Source: Octopus vulgaris
Lineage: Eukaryota
Assembly (NCBI GenBank): GCA_951406725.2
Contig: OX597815.1
Coordinates: forward strand, 52,762,001 to 52,826,000
Direction of reading: 5' to 3'
DNA: 64,000 nt
Part shown: positions 25,392-39,915 of the stretch, piece by piece
Numbering within the stretch: position 1 is the stretch's first letter
How the letters are laid out: every line of letters starts with the position of its first letter
Position numbers and translations under genes: made by a program
The notes under the pieces: model-generated
Databases searched by the model: none
Told to the model about the DNA's origin: nothing
What the model saw: only the letters and a program-made list of their open reading frames with translations

Positions 25392-26888
25392 TTTTAATAA
25401 AATGAATGTACAATATACATAGGAAGCTGAAATTTTAGGACGTTGGTACAAATGCTCTTTCTTAATTGTGGCTAAAATTTGACATACATCTGATTTGTTT
25501 TTCGTGCTTAATTGAGAATTTATTGAAACTGGCTGTCTGAAGCTATGCAAATGCTGGAATTGTTATTTGATCTGCGTATCAGGACAATTAAAATACATGA
25601 ACCCATTATGAACTTGTTACTAATTCAAAGAACAATGTTTTAATATATAGTTGAAACAATTTACATGTTGATATAACGACCTTTCTTTTCAAACAACGTT
25701 ACTAAACTGTTGTCCATCGAATTTGTTAGTTTTCCAATTTGATCTGGCGAAACTGCAGCTATAATACTTTGTACATCATTCCACAGTTCTACCTTACTGT
25801 TGTACTGTTTGCCTCTTTCATAGAGTTTCTGTTTGGCGATTGACCAGAGGTTTTCTATTGGGTTCAAGTCAGGGCTTGACGGTGACCACTCCATTATTTT
25901 GTCTTCGGCAAATCGTTTGCGCTCAAGAAACTCACGAGTTGGGCGAGAAGCATGTGATGGAGCATTGTCATGTATAAACATACACTTTATCTTGAAACTG
26001 TGAGGTTGACGCTTGTACCATTCAAAGAAAGTTTGATCCAAAAATTCACAATAATTTGTACTGTTGAGTTTTACACCTCCATCAACTTTAAATGGTCCAA
26101 TGATGGTTCTGTTAACAATACCAGCCCAACACTTGTTGCCGTATTCTCGTCAGATGCGCATCTTGCCCTGACAGAAGCCATCCTTTAGCCCATCCATCTG
26201 GACCATCTAATGTGACATGTGATTCGTCAGTGAATATGATGTTTCTGAAACCTGTTTTTAAGTACATTCTTGCTGACTTCAGATGTTTATCAATATTTGT
26301 TGGAGATACAAGAAGCTGGCGAGGAGATTTCCCAGAACCAATGTCGTGAAGGACTCTACACCTTATGTCTCTCTTTACTCCAATAATCCCAGCCATATTA
26401 AATATCTTATCACTACTGAGTAGTGGGTCTTTAGCGACAATGCGTTTCAGCTGACGTTTATCTCTCGTGGACAAATTATTGAACCCCTTTCCAGACCTTC
26501 GTTTCCTGTTCTTTGTTATATCTTCAATTGTTTTCTTGGTTGTTCGATGATCTCGGCCAAGCTGCTTCATAATGTTCAAAGAGGTCATGCTATCACTTAA
26601 AAGCTTAGTTATTTTCTGCTTTTCAGACGCTGTAATATCTTTCTTTTACATCTTTCTGATTATATTATGACCTGCAAAATAACAAAAACGTATTATTAAC
26701 ACTGTAAAAATATAATTTTCAATATTTGCATAATAACTTCAGACAGCCAATTCCAGTAAATTTTTAATTACTCATGACAAAACAGATCAGATATATGTCA
26801 AATTTTAGCCACAATTAAGAAAGAGCATTTGTACCAACATCTTAAAATTCCATCTTCCTATGTGCATGTACATTAATTTTATTCAAAA
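25392..26888 (-). mobile_element. Tc1/mariner superfamily transposon, DD37E (TRT-like)
   Basis: Diverged inverted repeats at ~25392-25560 and ~26713-26888 enclose a transposase. Confidence 0.9.
25661..26651 (-). pseudogene. DD37E transposase, disrupted
   Basis: The ORF pieces contain IIFTDES, TLDGPDGW and HDNAPSH..SPDLNPIENLW, with 37 residues between the second D and E. The C-terminus is KKGRYINM. There is a stop after the initiator and a frameshift near 26120. Confidence 0.9.
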
Positions 26889-27827
26889 AATTGGTGAGAA
26901 AGTTGTGTGTTGTGCATTGGTGCTGGTGATGAGCTATGCATAATGTGAGGAAACTGAGCACACGAAATTTGGTTTTGATTCTAAGTTATAATCTATTTTG
27001 ATTCACTCGCGTCTGTAAGAAAGGTATGAGCAACATATAATTTTCTTATACACATCCCTCCACTGATGTTCTGAAGATTATCTCGATGATGGTAAAAGGT
27101 GATGATGATGTTGATGATGATGATAGTAAGGGTGACGTGATGATGATAATGATGATGACGACGACGATGATGATGATGACGATAATGATAGTTTCAAATT
27201 TTCACGTAAGGATTACGGTTCCCGTGCACACAAACGATTACATCGCTCTCCAGTACTGAACTAATGAAGATAGATAAGAAAAGCATGAAATATAAGGATA
27301 CATGGTATACAATTAATCAAGGTTGGTGATGAAGCAGTAATTCTTGTACAAAAAGATTTCCATCTACAATCAGATTCCCTTGAACACTAAGAGCAAATGC
27401 CTTCTTCAATTATCGTTCTGTGACTAATTGATGCATGCTTAGAGCGGTCCCAATCACTCTTGTTATTTTAGCAACTTTTACCTTTCAATAAATTCACTCG
27501 AGATTAGCACTTCCCTATTCTGTCACAAATTCCTTTTCAAGTGAAACTTGACAAAGTCGATGAGGTTACTACTAAATAGGAAAGTGTATGTTTTCGTTCA
27601 CCACATAATCTCTTTGTCTAGACAACCAGTTATGTTAACTGCATTCCATCCAACACGCCTTATTAAACTACCGTGAGCAGAATGGTTTTGATATCCTACG
27701 CGCATCCCGAACAGGACCATCACTAGCACGCAATCCTCTTGAACAACCAGTCAGCTTCATTCTTATTAACGCCCACGCGCACACATATACATACAAATAC
27801 ATTCATTCAAATCTATCTATCTTCCAT

Positions 27828-27900
<73 letters not shown>

Positions 27901-30082
27901 GCATGCATACTTCCCTCCCTCCTTCCTACCTACTTACCTACCTACCTTCGTACATTCATACATACATACATATTCACATACTCATGTATGGATACACATA
28001 TTTGCACAGAAATAAAAAATACAATAAAACTCACAATAATTAAAACATTTCGTATTAATTTTACAATTAAAGGAAATAAGGCATGGGGAGCTAACTGGTT
28101 TGCTTGTGCTAGCACACTCAACGACCGTCCTTAATAATTTCTTTAATTATACTTGAATGCAACCAAATGCATCCTTGGGCATTTTTGAGGCATTTTCTGT
28201 TGAAAAACACCAATATCTTGTGTGTGATCTCTCAATTTCAATGATTAATTTTGGTGAAGCAGGACTGAGGAGAGAACTTGGTATGTAAATTAATTAGAAA
28301 TATCTGAAGGCAGTGAGTCTGATTTTTGGCAGCAGGGTATAACTGCGGACAAGACATTGGAAGACTGCGACGAAGAGAGTCGATTAGCTTCAAACTCAGA
28401 AATTCTAGCTATGTCCATCTCTTCTTTTATTCGAACTTCATTAATTAATGAGTTCTTCCTTTCGAAGATGAGATGATCTGAAGTGAGTGAGGTTTTGCTT
28501 CTATTTTAGCAAGTCGAATGATTGCATAGCGGGCCCACTCATTGCCTATTTACTTAATTGCACTATATTCCTTCGGTACGCTATTTGCCTATTTGTTTAC
28601 GACAAGAGAGATGCTCAGGCATATGCACATGCTGACAAAACTTACACATTGCTGCTCTTGAGCAGTAGTTTAAATTGAGAACTTATCACACTCAAGTCTG
28701 CTACTGCATAATTACAACTAGCACGATAAAGGCTGTTTGTGAAAGTTGCTGAATGATAAGTGATATGTTTTGTTGCGAAGGTTGTTCGGTGTTCGCTTTA
28801 ATTTTATTCTAGTCAGGCTAGAGAATGAATTTGAAATCGGAAAGAGTTACACTATGATATCAGACACTCAATCAAGCTTGGTGGCATCGTTGTGAGCGAG
28901 CAAGGCAATTCCAACAGATACGATACAGCAATATATCTATCATAATTCCCTATTACAGCGACAACATGACCGATGTTGCGAAAATTACTAATGGATTTTT
29001 AATAGTATTTAGTCTTTTTTTTCTGCATTCTCCGATTTCAGATATTTATAAGTATAAATCAAGTATCCGTTTTATATATCGACATGTTTTTAATATCCAT
29101 TCCACCATTCCAGCTATTGCGTAATTGGATACTCGGTTGATTACAAAGAAATAACTGATCTGTATATTCTTTTAAAGTATTCAATGTGGTAATATTTAAT
29201 GAACGTAATGAGCATCATAGCAGGGTATAATTCCAACGTTCGTCGTTAGCTTCCTGAAACAATAGTAGGTTGGCGGTTCATTTATATGCGCCAGTATGTG
29301 TGTGTGTGGGGGGGAGTGTGTGCGTGTCTTTGGGTCTGGATTTTTGTGAATGCAGTTACTGGTGTTTTCATACGGATTTAATCAGGTAGAAACTGTTGTA
29401 TTGGTCTATTTTCATAGCTATTTCCACAGTTATTTCTAAAGCTATATCCCGGGAGAATTTCATAACCATATGCATAGCTGCATATTTAAATATGTAGAAG
29501 TGAGAGCTTGCAAAAAAATTGTACGAATTATGTGCACATATGTAGAAACATACATGCATATCATTGATTAGATATGTATGTATATATATATAGACACGCG
29601 TTGGTGTGTATGTATGCATAACTGTACACTCTCAGACACGCACACACATACACACTCAAGCATATATATATAAATATATGATAGATGGATTGATTGATAT
29701 ACATATATACATACATTCATACATACAGCATATACATATATATGTGCGTATATATATATATAGATGGGTGGATGGATATATATATATATATATACAAAGA
29801 TATATACACACATAATACATATATATATAATGTATATATATAATCTATATATATATATATATGCATATATATATACACATATAATATATATATATATGTG
29901 TGTGTGTGTGTATATGGATCGATGAATACATTAGAGAGATAAGAATGCATGCATAGTCATACAAGTACATATGTATACAACTCTATGTGTATAACATCTC
30001 ATACATACATGCATACACAAAGGCGTATATGCATATAAAACTGTGCATGTATAACTTAACGGATATACATGTATTTATATGC

Positions 30083-30138
<56 letters not shown>

Positions 30139-31316
30139 GAAAAATATATTTGTGTCTACATAATATACTGAAAGACAGGGGTGGGGGCAAAATGATGAAA
30201 TAGATAAGATAGCCGAATGCAGAATTAATAACAAGATATTTAATTCTACTTTTTCAGAAGCAAAGCTGGTGCCAGGCGTATGTTGCCTTCACAGCAATGT
30301 GCCTCACACCACACATACAAATTGTGTGTTTGTTATAAATGTATACATATATGTATATATGTATGTGTGTGTGTGAGTGCGCGTGCAAGTATCTGTATAC
30401 ATATACACACACACATTTATATATATATATATCGTAGTATATTATAATATATATATATATATTTGTGCGTGTGTGTTTATATGTATACATGTAAGCAAAT
30501 ATATATACATATATGTTTATATATATACGCGCGCGTGTATTTTTAAACACACATATACACACACGCACACACACACACAAACACACACACGCACACACAC
30601 TCACACGCGCGAGAAATGAAAGTGAAAGTGAGGAAGGAAAAGTAACGGAGGGAGACAAAAGTATTGGGAAGTTCCACAGGATCCATAATCTATCATAGAT
30701 TATCCGAGGAAGCTGTTAATTTCATACGGAAGAAAGCAAATGAAATTGAATTCCATTTCGAGTAACACATATTTTTTCTGATATCTATAGGCGTCAGCGT
30801 ACATCCAAGACGAAAGTCTTGGCTGTTGCAGAAATCAACCAAACAGTATCGTAGCAGCTCAAATTATTATTATCTGTTGTTGTTGTTTAGCCCTAGGCTA
30901 ACCATAATCGAGCAGACATCTAGGTAAAAAAAAATCCTGCCCATACCGTCTTTTCAGATGTGATTTATTGCAGAACATTTCTTTTTTTAAGACAGACAGC
31001 AAGGAATGTTTCAAAAGACAGATTAGCTGTTATTTCTAGTTGTTCAAGTTACCATGTAAGCTTTCTTATGGATTAGTGATTGACGTAAGATTACACAGTT
31101 TGATGTAAAATAGTTTTACTTAATAAACAGTGTACTTGTTTCACGTGGAAATAAACTAGACAGATCAACTGTGATAATAATCTTGTAACTGGTTTTAGTT
31201 ACTAATTGTCTCATTTAAGGAATTTTGGTCTGGGACGTTTTTCACACGCATGCACCATGCAAGCATACGTACGCGCACACAATAACATGTATGTATGTAT
31301 GTATGTATGTATGTAT

Positions 31317-31613
31317 TGTTCCTTCTCGGGCCTTGCCTGACTCATAAGGGCCGGTTTCCCGGTTTCCTTGGCGTATAGGTTCCCCACCTGGACGGGACGC
31401 CGGTCCGTCGCAGGTGAGCTGGAAGATGCAGGAGGAAAGAGTGAGAGAATGTTGTGGCGAAAGAGTCAGCAGAAGTTCGGCATTACCTTCTGGCAGAGCC
31501 ACGTGGAGCTTAGGTGTTTCGCTCATAAACACACATCGCCCGGTCTGAAATTCGAAACCGCGATCCCTCGACCGCGAGTCCGCTGCTCTAATCACTAGGC
31601 CATGTGCCTCCAC
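31317..31613 (-). mobile_element. SINE family C (tRNA-like head) inserted in (TATG)n
   Basis: The minus-strand head gtggaggcacatggcctagtgattagagcagcggactcgcggtcg..ggtttcgaat is homologous to 59864. Confidence 0.85.
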
Positions 31614-31740
31614 ATGTATGTATGTATGTATGTATGTATGTATGTATGTATGTATGTATGTATGTATATATGTGTGTGTGTGTGTGTGCATCTGGCTGTC
31701 TGTATGCATGTATGTATGTATGTAGATTTCTTTTTATATG

Positions 31741-31944
31741 CAATAATCCCTCGACTATCGCGGGCGAACGTTCTAAAATCCCCCACGGAAATAATTAAAA
31801 CCTAAAAAAATATAAATACCTATCGGCCGCAGAAATCCGGATATACTGAGGAGTACGCGATATAATTTTGCATATATTACCCAGAAAAATCCGCGATGTA
31901 CTGAGTGCGCGATAGGTGAATCACAAGATAGCGAGGGATTAATG
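31741..31944. mobile_element. MITE with Tigger/pogo-like TIRs
   Basis: caataatccctcgactatc ... gatagcgagggattaatg|ta. Confidence 0.6.
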
Positions 31945-33401
31945 TATTCCAAATTGAAGGTAAGTTCAAAGGGTATTGTGTTGATAGAACACTAACAAAT
32001 TCTCCTGTATAGATTTTTACATTTACAGATATGTAGCACGAACTCACACCCGCATGCGTACTCATATGACTGCATATAATTTTAGGGCTGCAAACACACA
32101 TGCACACACACATACAAAAACGAATTAACCAGAAGTAACCGTAAAATATAGTATTATGAAAGTAGAAAAGTGAAATGTGCAATTCCTTGAAACACACTGA
32201 GCCATATTTAACTAGCACGCAATCAATCGAACCCACAACTTCACATGTTCACTCTTTCATCAATATAGCGGTTCTTGAGAATGTTTAATCGCTTACATTT
32301 CTGGTCTTATATTGTTTTCTCTGCTGTACTTGTTTGTTTTCATTCTTGCTTTCATTTAATGATGTAATCTAGTTTGGTATAATAAATTTCATTTGTAATT
32401 TCAGTCGATAATGGTCAATACTATAAAGGAGAAGGTAAGGTTCCAACAAGCTGAGTGATCATCGTAGTTTCCATCTCAATTCGTTTCAGTGTGTTAGCGC
32501 TTTTGTTACTCGTTTTGCTTTTAAACCCACACTAAATACTAAACAAAACTTTTCCCATGCTTTCTGTGTATCGCTACAAGCTAAATCCCTTCTGATAATT
32601 CAACTCTGCAATGCTACAGATTCTGATGGAATCCTTTTCATGACTATTAAACAATGCACTCCAGAGCAGTTGCTGTCACCACAAGATTTATCAATCTTTT
32701 CTGCGACATCTGAACTAGTCAATAGATGCACATGACAATACGTCCTGTGTCTAAGGAAGGTGTGGGAGCAATAGGATTTTATTGACTATAATCAATGAAA
32801 CCGTATTGCTCTCACATCTAAGCTTGATGGAAACAGAATTAAACAACTACTTTATCTTTCTCTTCTCGGTGACAACTAAAATGTCTTCTCCGAATAATTA
32901 CATTCGTTGTTGTCCTCTCAGTGATTTGTTAGTCATCTCTCAATGACCTGTCAGGTGATCTCTCAGTGATCTTTCAGTGATCTCTCATCGTTGAAGGTTT
33001 CGACGAAAGCCATGCTGTTGCTCTTGGAATTAGCTAAACGTTCGATCATGTCTGGCAAAAGAACATTCTGTGTTGACCACTTGTAGGCTCTATTTGTTTC
33101 TCTTCGGTCAAAAAATTCCTCTTGGATAGCTCCTTTGCAACATATGCATTTGGCTTTCTCATACTCTGAAATTTGTTCATTAATGATTTCACTGAAATCA
33201 TATATCCATAAACATATATTTCTATGAATATTCATAATATACGAAATAATACTTTCATGAACATACATCGTGAAGAAACCTGCCGATGGAAACATAACAT
33301 ACACTGTCGCCGTCGTCAGTACCACACATAGTCACTACAAATATGACAAAAAGAGTCTTGCTTTATATCCAACCTTTGTCTGAACAATAAATAGCTAAAT
33401 C

Positions 33402-33615
33402 AAGGCGGCGAGCTGGCAGAAACGTTAGCATGTTGGGCGAAATGCTTAGCGGTATTTCGTCTATCTTTATGTTCTGAGTTCAAATTCCGCCGAGGTCGAC
33501 TTTGCCTTTCGTCCTTTCGAGGGTGATAAATTAAGTACCAGTTGCGTATTGGGGTCAATCTAATCGACTGGCCCCCTCCCCCCAAATTTCGGGCCTTGTA
33601 CCTAGAGTAGAAAAG
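33402..33615 (+). mobile_element. SINE family A, full length, young
   Basis: Perfect 16-bp TSD AATAAATAGCTAAATC (33386-33401 and 33616-33631). B-box-like gagttcaaattc, and central domain gaggtcgactttgcctttc..gataaattaagtaccag. Confidence 0.95.
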
Positions 33616-33851
33616 AATAAATAGCTAAATCCTTCAGATTTGCAACAAATGCTACACCGAAGAATCTCTACTGATGTAATGTTGACAAAACTTTACTCCT
33701 AAAACTAGGATTTCTCTTTAGGACTGGAAAAGACTTCAGTTCTTTACACCGGATACTGCTATTGTTCACGAAAATGCGATACCGAAACGTATGCGCACAC
33801 ACACATGTACAAACACACATTCACAAACATTCTCACACACATTCTCTCTTC

Positions 33852-33920
<69 letters not shown>

Positions 33921-34639
33921 TACATTTTGATGGTACCCCAATTGTGGCAATGTAGTTAAATAGCAAATACTCCCTTCACAATGATTTGTGGTCGTGCTGT
34001 TTCCCCTCTTTAACTCCTCTACTATAACTACAATATTATTGTAGTTGTGTTGGTAGTGACACTTTGGTGGTATTGTGCTAAAGTTGTGGTGTTGGTGGTG
34101 ATGTTATAGTAGTCTGGTGATATTTTGGTGATGTGGTGCTATGTTTTGGCGATGGTGAGGTTGGTGCGGTTGGTGCCCTAGTGTTGCAGAAGTGACGATA
34201 TGGTGATGGTGACGATGTAGCTGGTGCTGTTAATGTTGTAGTTATAGCAGCAAGGATTTTGTGGTGATGGTGATGTGTCGAGGTGATACTGTGTAGTGGC
34301 CAACGTGCTGGGTCAATGTGTTTCGCTGTGGAAATAGTATTCCAGCAGTGATGATCTCGTGGGATCTCATGAACGATGTTGAAGCACATGATGGCTATGT
34401 GATATAAAGATAACCTTTCTCATAATGAAAACAAGGATTTGACATTTAAACTTGGATATTGAAAACTTTTACAAAACTGATATCACTTCAGTGAAGAATA
34501 AATAAGGATTTCGGGTGAATGTCATTTAGAATTGTTCGGAATATCTTGTAATTATTTTTCGTTTCCCGACCGAAGAATGAAACGTGGTGTGGAATTTGCA
34601 ATCAATTCTTACATAGTAAATAAATTGAAGTACCTTTAG

Positions 34640-34779
34640 TTTCTTCTTCTTCTTCTTCTTCTTCTTCTTCTTCTTCTTCTTCTTCTTCTTCTTCTTCTTC
34701 TTCTTCTTCTTCTTCTTCTTCTTCTTCTTCTTCTTCTTCTTCTTCTTCTTCTTCTTCTTCTTCTTCTTCTTCTTCTTCT
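34640..34779. repeat. (CTT)n microsatellite
   Basis: Directly visible. Confidence 0.95.
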
Positions 34780-37700
34780 CGGACGTTATTGATGTGTCTT
34801 TGATAGGATGTCTCATAGCTGCTGTTATTTAAATGTAATAAATCATTTATACAAAATATATCTAGATAAACGAACACACACACGAAGCCATACATATACG
34901 ACACACGCACGCAAGTTTAACACGCACAGATTCACAGCTCGCAGGATGAAACTGGTAAAAAGTAAAAGAATATACATACACTCACAAATGCACACACATA
35001 CGTACTCCTCACGCCAGACACGCATACATGCTTCCATAAATATGTATGTATGTGTATATACTCATAAACACACCATACGCGCGCACTCGCTCATAGTTTA
35101 TTTAGGCTGGTCTGTTGGCTTGTTACTCTGGCGTGGCACCAGTCTATATTAGCTGACTCTGGTGGGCAATCACCCTCGAGGGATTGCCGACAACATACAT
35201 ACATATTTATGAAATTTGTTGTATGCAACAGAAGCAGTATTAGATTAAAATAGTCGTTTGTGTATCATACGTAATGGAAAAGCTACATCGTGAAAATCAA
35301 ATTTATATTCCTTAAGACACTAACACCGCAAAGTAATTTCCTCCGTAACATAAGCGTGAGAAGAAAACAACTCAGCCACCGTAAGTTTTGATTAAACTGA
35401 GAATGCAATGAGACAAAACTAAACTTGATCTACACCTGTGCATGACTTGTGCACCTTGAGAGATAGAAGTTATGAAAATGAAAATCGACCCCAGGGAAAA
35501 TCTAAAGTCAAACATTAAATTATATAGTAGTTTATATTGTGTCTGTAACTCCATTTCCCTCTTGAATTAATGATAACAACCATATCTAACGTCGGCATTA
35601 AGCCTCAAATTTGTAGGTGAAGGGTATATTCAATTGGTACTTATTTTATTGATGGAATGTAAAAAAAATTAGCTTCAGAAAGCAAATTTAACTCCAGGAT
35701 GTTAAGAGAAGAGATATAAAGAGTGCAATAAATTTAGTCTTATTTGCTGTATCAGCCATTCCAACATATGCTGGAAAATATGTTAATGATTCTTAACACT
35801 GGTACAAAATCAAACATGTTCAAGTGAAGGGTATGGGCTAGTAAACGTCACCATGACTGCTACTTATTTTATTAACTGCAAAGGGCTGAAAAGCAAAGTT
35901 GACTTCGACAGAATTTGATCCCGGAACGGAAAGAAACTAGAAACTGTAAAGTATTTTGTCTGTGCTTCATGCAGCTCTGTTCTCCACCTTTCTTACAAAA
36001 GAAAGGAAGAATAAAAAGGAAAAAATCTCATTAAGTCAATGACCGCAGATCGCTTAAGTAAACAGAGAGGAGAGAAACGTAGGCAGTCTGAAGTGTTTCC
36101 TTTGAGACTGGTAAAGTATGATCTGTGCGATTGTAGAAAAAGGACAACGATAATCTCTGAAGTGTTTTCTTTGAAGAGGAAAAATAACTTGTGAAGTATT
36201 TTTTTTTTTTTTCGCATGGGGCAAGAGAGTGTATGAAGAAAATTTAGCTTTGACTACGTCAGTGAAATATTTAGTGTTTGGTGTGTCAATTTGTAATGGA
36301 AATTGTCATGTAAATTAGGCATGTTGAGACAAGACAACTATTTGGACAGGAATTATTCGTTTGACAGTCATATTAAAACATTGCCTCTCACTAATCCGGA
36401 TTGCTAACTATTGTATTTCCGTTGTAATGAGATGCAGCAACTTTTGCAGCATGCCTGCAAAGTTCAAAAGTTATAGGAAGTTGGGTGATAGGGGCGAGCG
36501 CCGCAGTCTCATATTCGCATTACGGGTTCGATACTTCTCTCAGTTGAAACGATTTCATTTCAATTTTATTTTTATAAGTAATGATGTTTCTAAAAGTAGG
36601 AAAGTCACAATATTCTGTCTTTAAAAAAAGTAAATGGATAAAAGAGACACAAAAGAAAAAAAAGCATGGTTTTGCCCTACATGAGCGAATAAGGAATTGC
36701 ATACAGTTTGTGGGTAGTGAATGCCTATCCTATTATTGCACTTTGTGTGAAACAATTTATCTATTTCTGTCCTCTGCTTGTGTGATTTACATATGACAGG
36801 GTAGATAGATAGACAACTAACTGATCAGAGGCTAGTATCTTAATTAATCACCGGAGTTACGCCCTGTTAATTTTCAACAGCCTCCTCGATACAGTGGAAC
36901 GTTGTTTATATCAAGGTAAATCCTGATTCAAACTAATAATCAAAGATGTCCCACCCGTTACCATCCTACCTCTTTGTGTATAATTGTTCAATGCGTCATA
37001 ATTAAGGCGACAAGGTGAGATTTGTGTGGGATCTGTCTTCTGTTTTTAGGAGGTTAAACGACCGAGTACAGACTCCATCGTAAACTTAATGTAGTTGTAA
37101 GAGATTAAACATCATTACTGTAATCAGCGATAGCACTGTAAACTTGGTGAGTGTTTCGTTGACTTTTATAACAATCATTTAAAACACATGTGAAAAGATG
37201 ACTGGAACATTGAACGCTATTTTAATTTAGATCTTTTAAAACTCAATTTGTGTCTGATTTGTATTTCCTTACAGTAATTAATAATGAGTCCCCATCGTAT
37301 GGAGAAAAGATCGAAAGCGTTAGCTAAGCTTTGTAAATATTTAGGAAAATATATTTAATTGAGATTCATTAACAAAGAAGTTCCTTTAATAGACTCTCTT
37401 TGACAGTAGTTTTCACACAACGATTTGGGGTGGATGTGGGAAGTTTACTCTTAACTACAAGAACGTACACTCAAACCCCATATTCTACATGATTAGACAT
37501 CCATCTTTTATTGTTCAAATAAACTCTGTGAAACTAAACTTCCAAGAAAATATAACTTAGAAATAGTAAATAGTCACATGCATAGAGAACAGCGAAAATC
37601 AAAACAAGGACGCACATCTTCATTCGTAATACGTTCTGGCAAATTGAGACATGAATGTGTTCGCCACAGTTGTATTTTGTTTATGGAAAACAATTTCTTC

Positions 37701-38223
37701 TTTCAGACAATGTGTCCATAACGTACTTAATTCATTGAGTTTGGGGCCCTTTGAGAAACTGAACGTATTAAGAATGAATGCTCTTCTCTGTGCATGTGAC
37801 GATGTATTATCTGTTTGACAAACATCAACATGCATCACCAGATAATTTGTTTGTAAATTTCTGTAAACAAAAGCAAAAATTCTTGTTTAGAGTCATTGAT
37901 CCAGGTATGGATTCTGATGAAGGGACTTAACTAGGTTGAAACCTGCGGTGTCTCGAAGTCCCTTTACTTCGATGAATCAAGCGTGTTTCCTCCGAAGACA
38001 AATTACAAGCAGCATATTTACGTTTGAGTATTCCGAAACGTATTAAGAGTGATGCACGTCAGTATTATATCCTACTGATTCGAAGGAAGTGGATTTCGCT
38101 TAGGATTTAAATACTTGCGATTTGATCTGGTCCTTATTTGCTTGAAGACTCATATTTTATTACTTTGTAGAATTTTAACCTTACATAAAGAATGGGAGAG
38201 GGGGCATGTCTTGATTAGTCGTG

Positions 38224-38311
<88 letters not shown>

Positions 38312-38314
<3 letters not shown>

Positions 38315-38559
38315 AGGCGCGTGGCTTAGTGGTTAGGATGTGAGCATTATGATCGTAAGATTGTGGTTTCGATTCCTGGACCGGGCGACGCGTTGTGTTC
38401 TTGAGCAAAACACTTCATTTCACGTTGCTCCATTCCACTCAGCTGGCAAAAATGAGTAACGCTGCGATGGGCTGGCGTCCCGCCCAGCTGGGGAACACAT
38501 ACGCCATTGAAGCCGGGAAACCGGGCCCATGAGACTGGCTAAGCTTTAAAAGGGCACAT
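38312..38559 (+). mobile_element. SINE family C-related
   Basis: tggaggcgcgtggcttagtggttagg (A box) ... ggtttcgattcc (B box), following (TG)n. Confidence 0.85.
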
Positions 38560-39524
38560 TTATTATTATTATTTTATATATATATATATATACTCACACA
38601 CGACTGATCAAGACATGCCCCGCCCATATTCTTTTCACATTTTCGACTCTATTTATATCAGAGTCGAAAATGTGTGCAAATACAGTCTATTGAGAAAATC
38701 CTCTTCATTGCTATATGTGAATAGTTTAAAACCAGCGACTCTGCAGTAGTTGCAACGGAATGTCAGCTGCGTGGATGAGTAGATGTGTACCTTGTCAAAG
38801 GATACAAAGCGTTGATCGTGAATCCAATAGCCTAACCATTAGACCAGTTGCTTTACCATCTCCATAAACGACTGACTAACCTATTCATGTAAAAAAGCAA
38901 CATGCTTTAATAAAATTTTATCATTTATTTTATCGTGTAAATCGATATATTCCCAAATCTAATAGTCAATGCGTTATTTTTCTTATATATATAAATACAT
39001 ACATAAACAAATACATATATACATACATGCTCTCTCTCGATACACTCACACACAGAGAAAAATACATATAAAGAGAGGGGAAGAGAGATTATGTATATAT
39101 GTATGTGTGTGTGTATGTATTGACAAGAATTTTATAAATTTTCGAGTTAACGAAAAACCCTTTACTTGGAATATTGGACCTAAATGTAGACATCTCTAGA
39201 AAAGATGTGGATTCGAGTCCCACAAGCATTTCCGTAAGAGTTTGAGGTTGGGAGGCCAACCAACTAAGGGACAGTACCTATCCAATATACTGCTGGTAGC
39301 GGGCCCAATTATTGATACCCAAGTGCTGGTTATTGCGTGGTAATTTAACAATCGAGTGTCATATATGGGCGGGGTAGAAAGTGGTTTACCCTGATTTTAT
39401 ACGGCAAAAAGAAAATGGAGGAGATACAGAAATGACATACAGCAGCCGGTAGACATTTTATTATGTCTACCGGCTGATTATTATGTCTATGTATTCCAAA
39501 ACAAAAGGGAGATATATTATTTGT

Positions 39525-39619
39525 GAGCCTAGTCCTTATTTTATCGTTCTCATTTGCCGAACCGCTATGTTACGAGGACATAAACACACCTCCATTGGTT
39601 GTCAAGCGATGGCGGGGCG

Positions 39620-39650
<31 letters not shown>

Positions 39651-39748
39651 TTCGACGGGCTTCTTTTAGTTTTTGTCTACCAAATCCACTCACAAAGTTT
39701 TGGTCGGCCTGTGGCTATAGTAGTAAATACTTTCCCAAGATACCACGT
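39525..39748 (-). mobile_element. SINE family B, partial
   Basis: Reverse-complement similarity to 24454-24796. Confidence 0.7.
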
Positions 39749-39805
39749 GGGGAGTGATATCTCCCAGCAAAAAAGCAATGATAGTCTACTTACCCTACAA
39801 ATGAA

Positions 39806-39842
<37 letters not shown>

Positions 39843-39880
39843 CATGTATGTATGTATATATATATATTTATATATGTATG

Positions 39881-39915
<35 letters not shown>

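Noticed and set aside
34030-34300. 103-aa T/P/H-rich ORF at 34078-34389
   Set aside because: It is degenerate (GGT/GAT)n low-complexity sequence.
37910-37965. CTGATGA agggactt..GAAA.. motif
   Set aside because: The agggactt/aagtccct pairing does not fit HHR topology, and there is no stem I or III.
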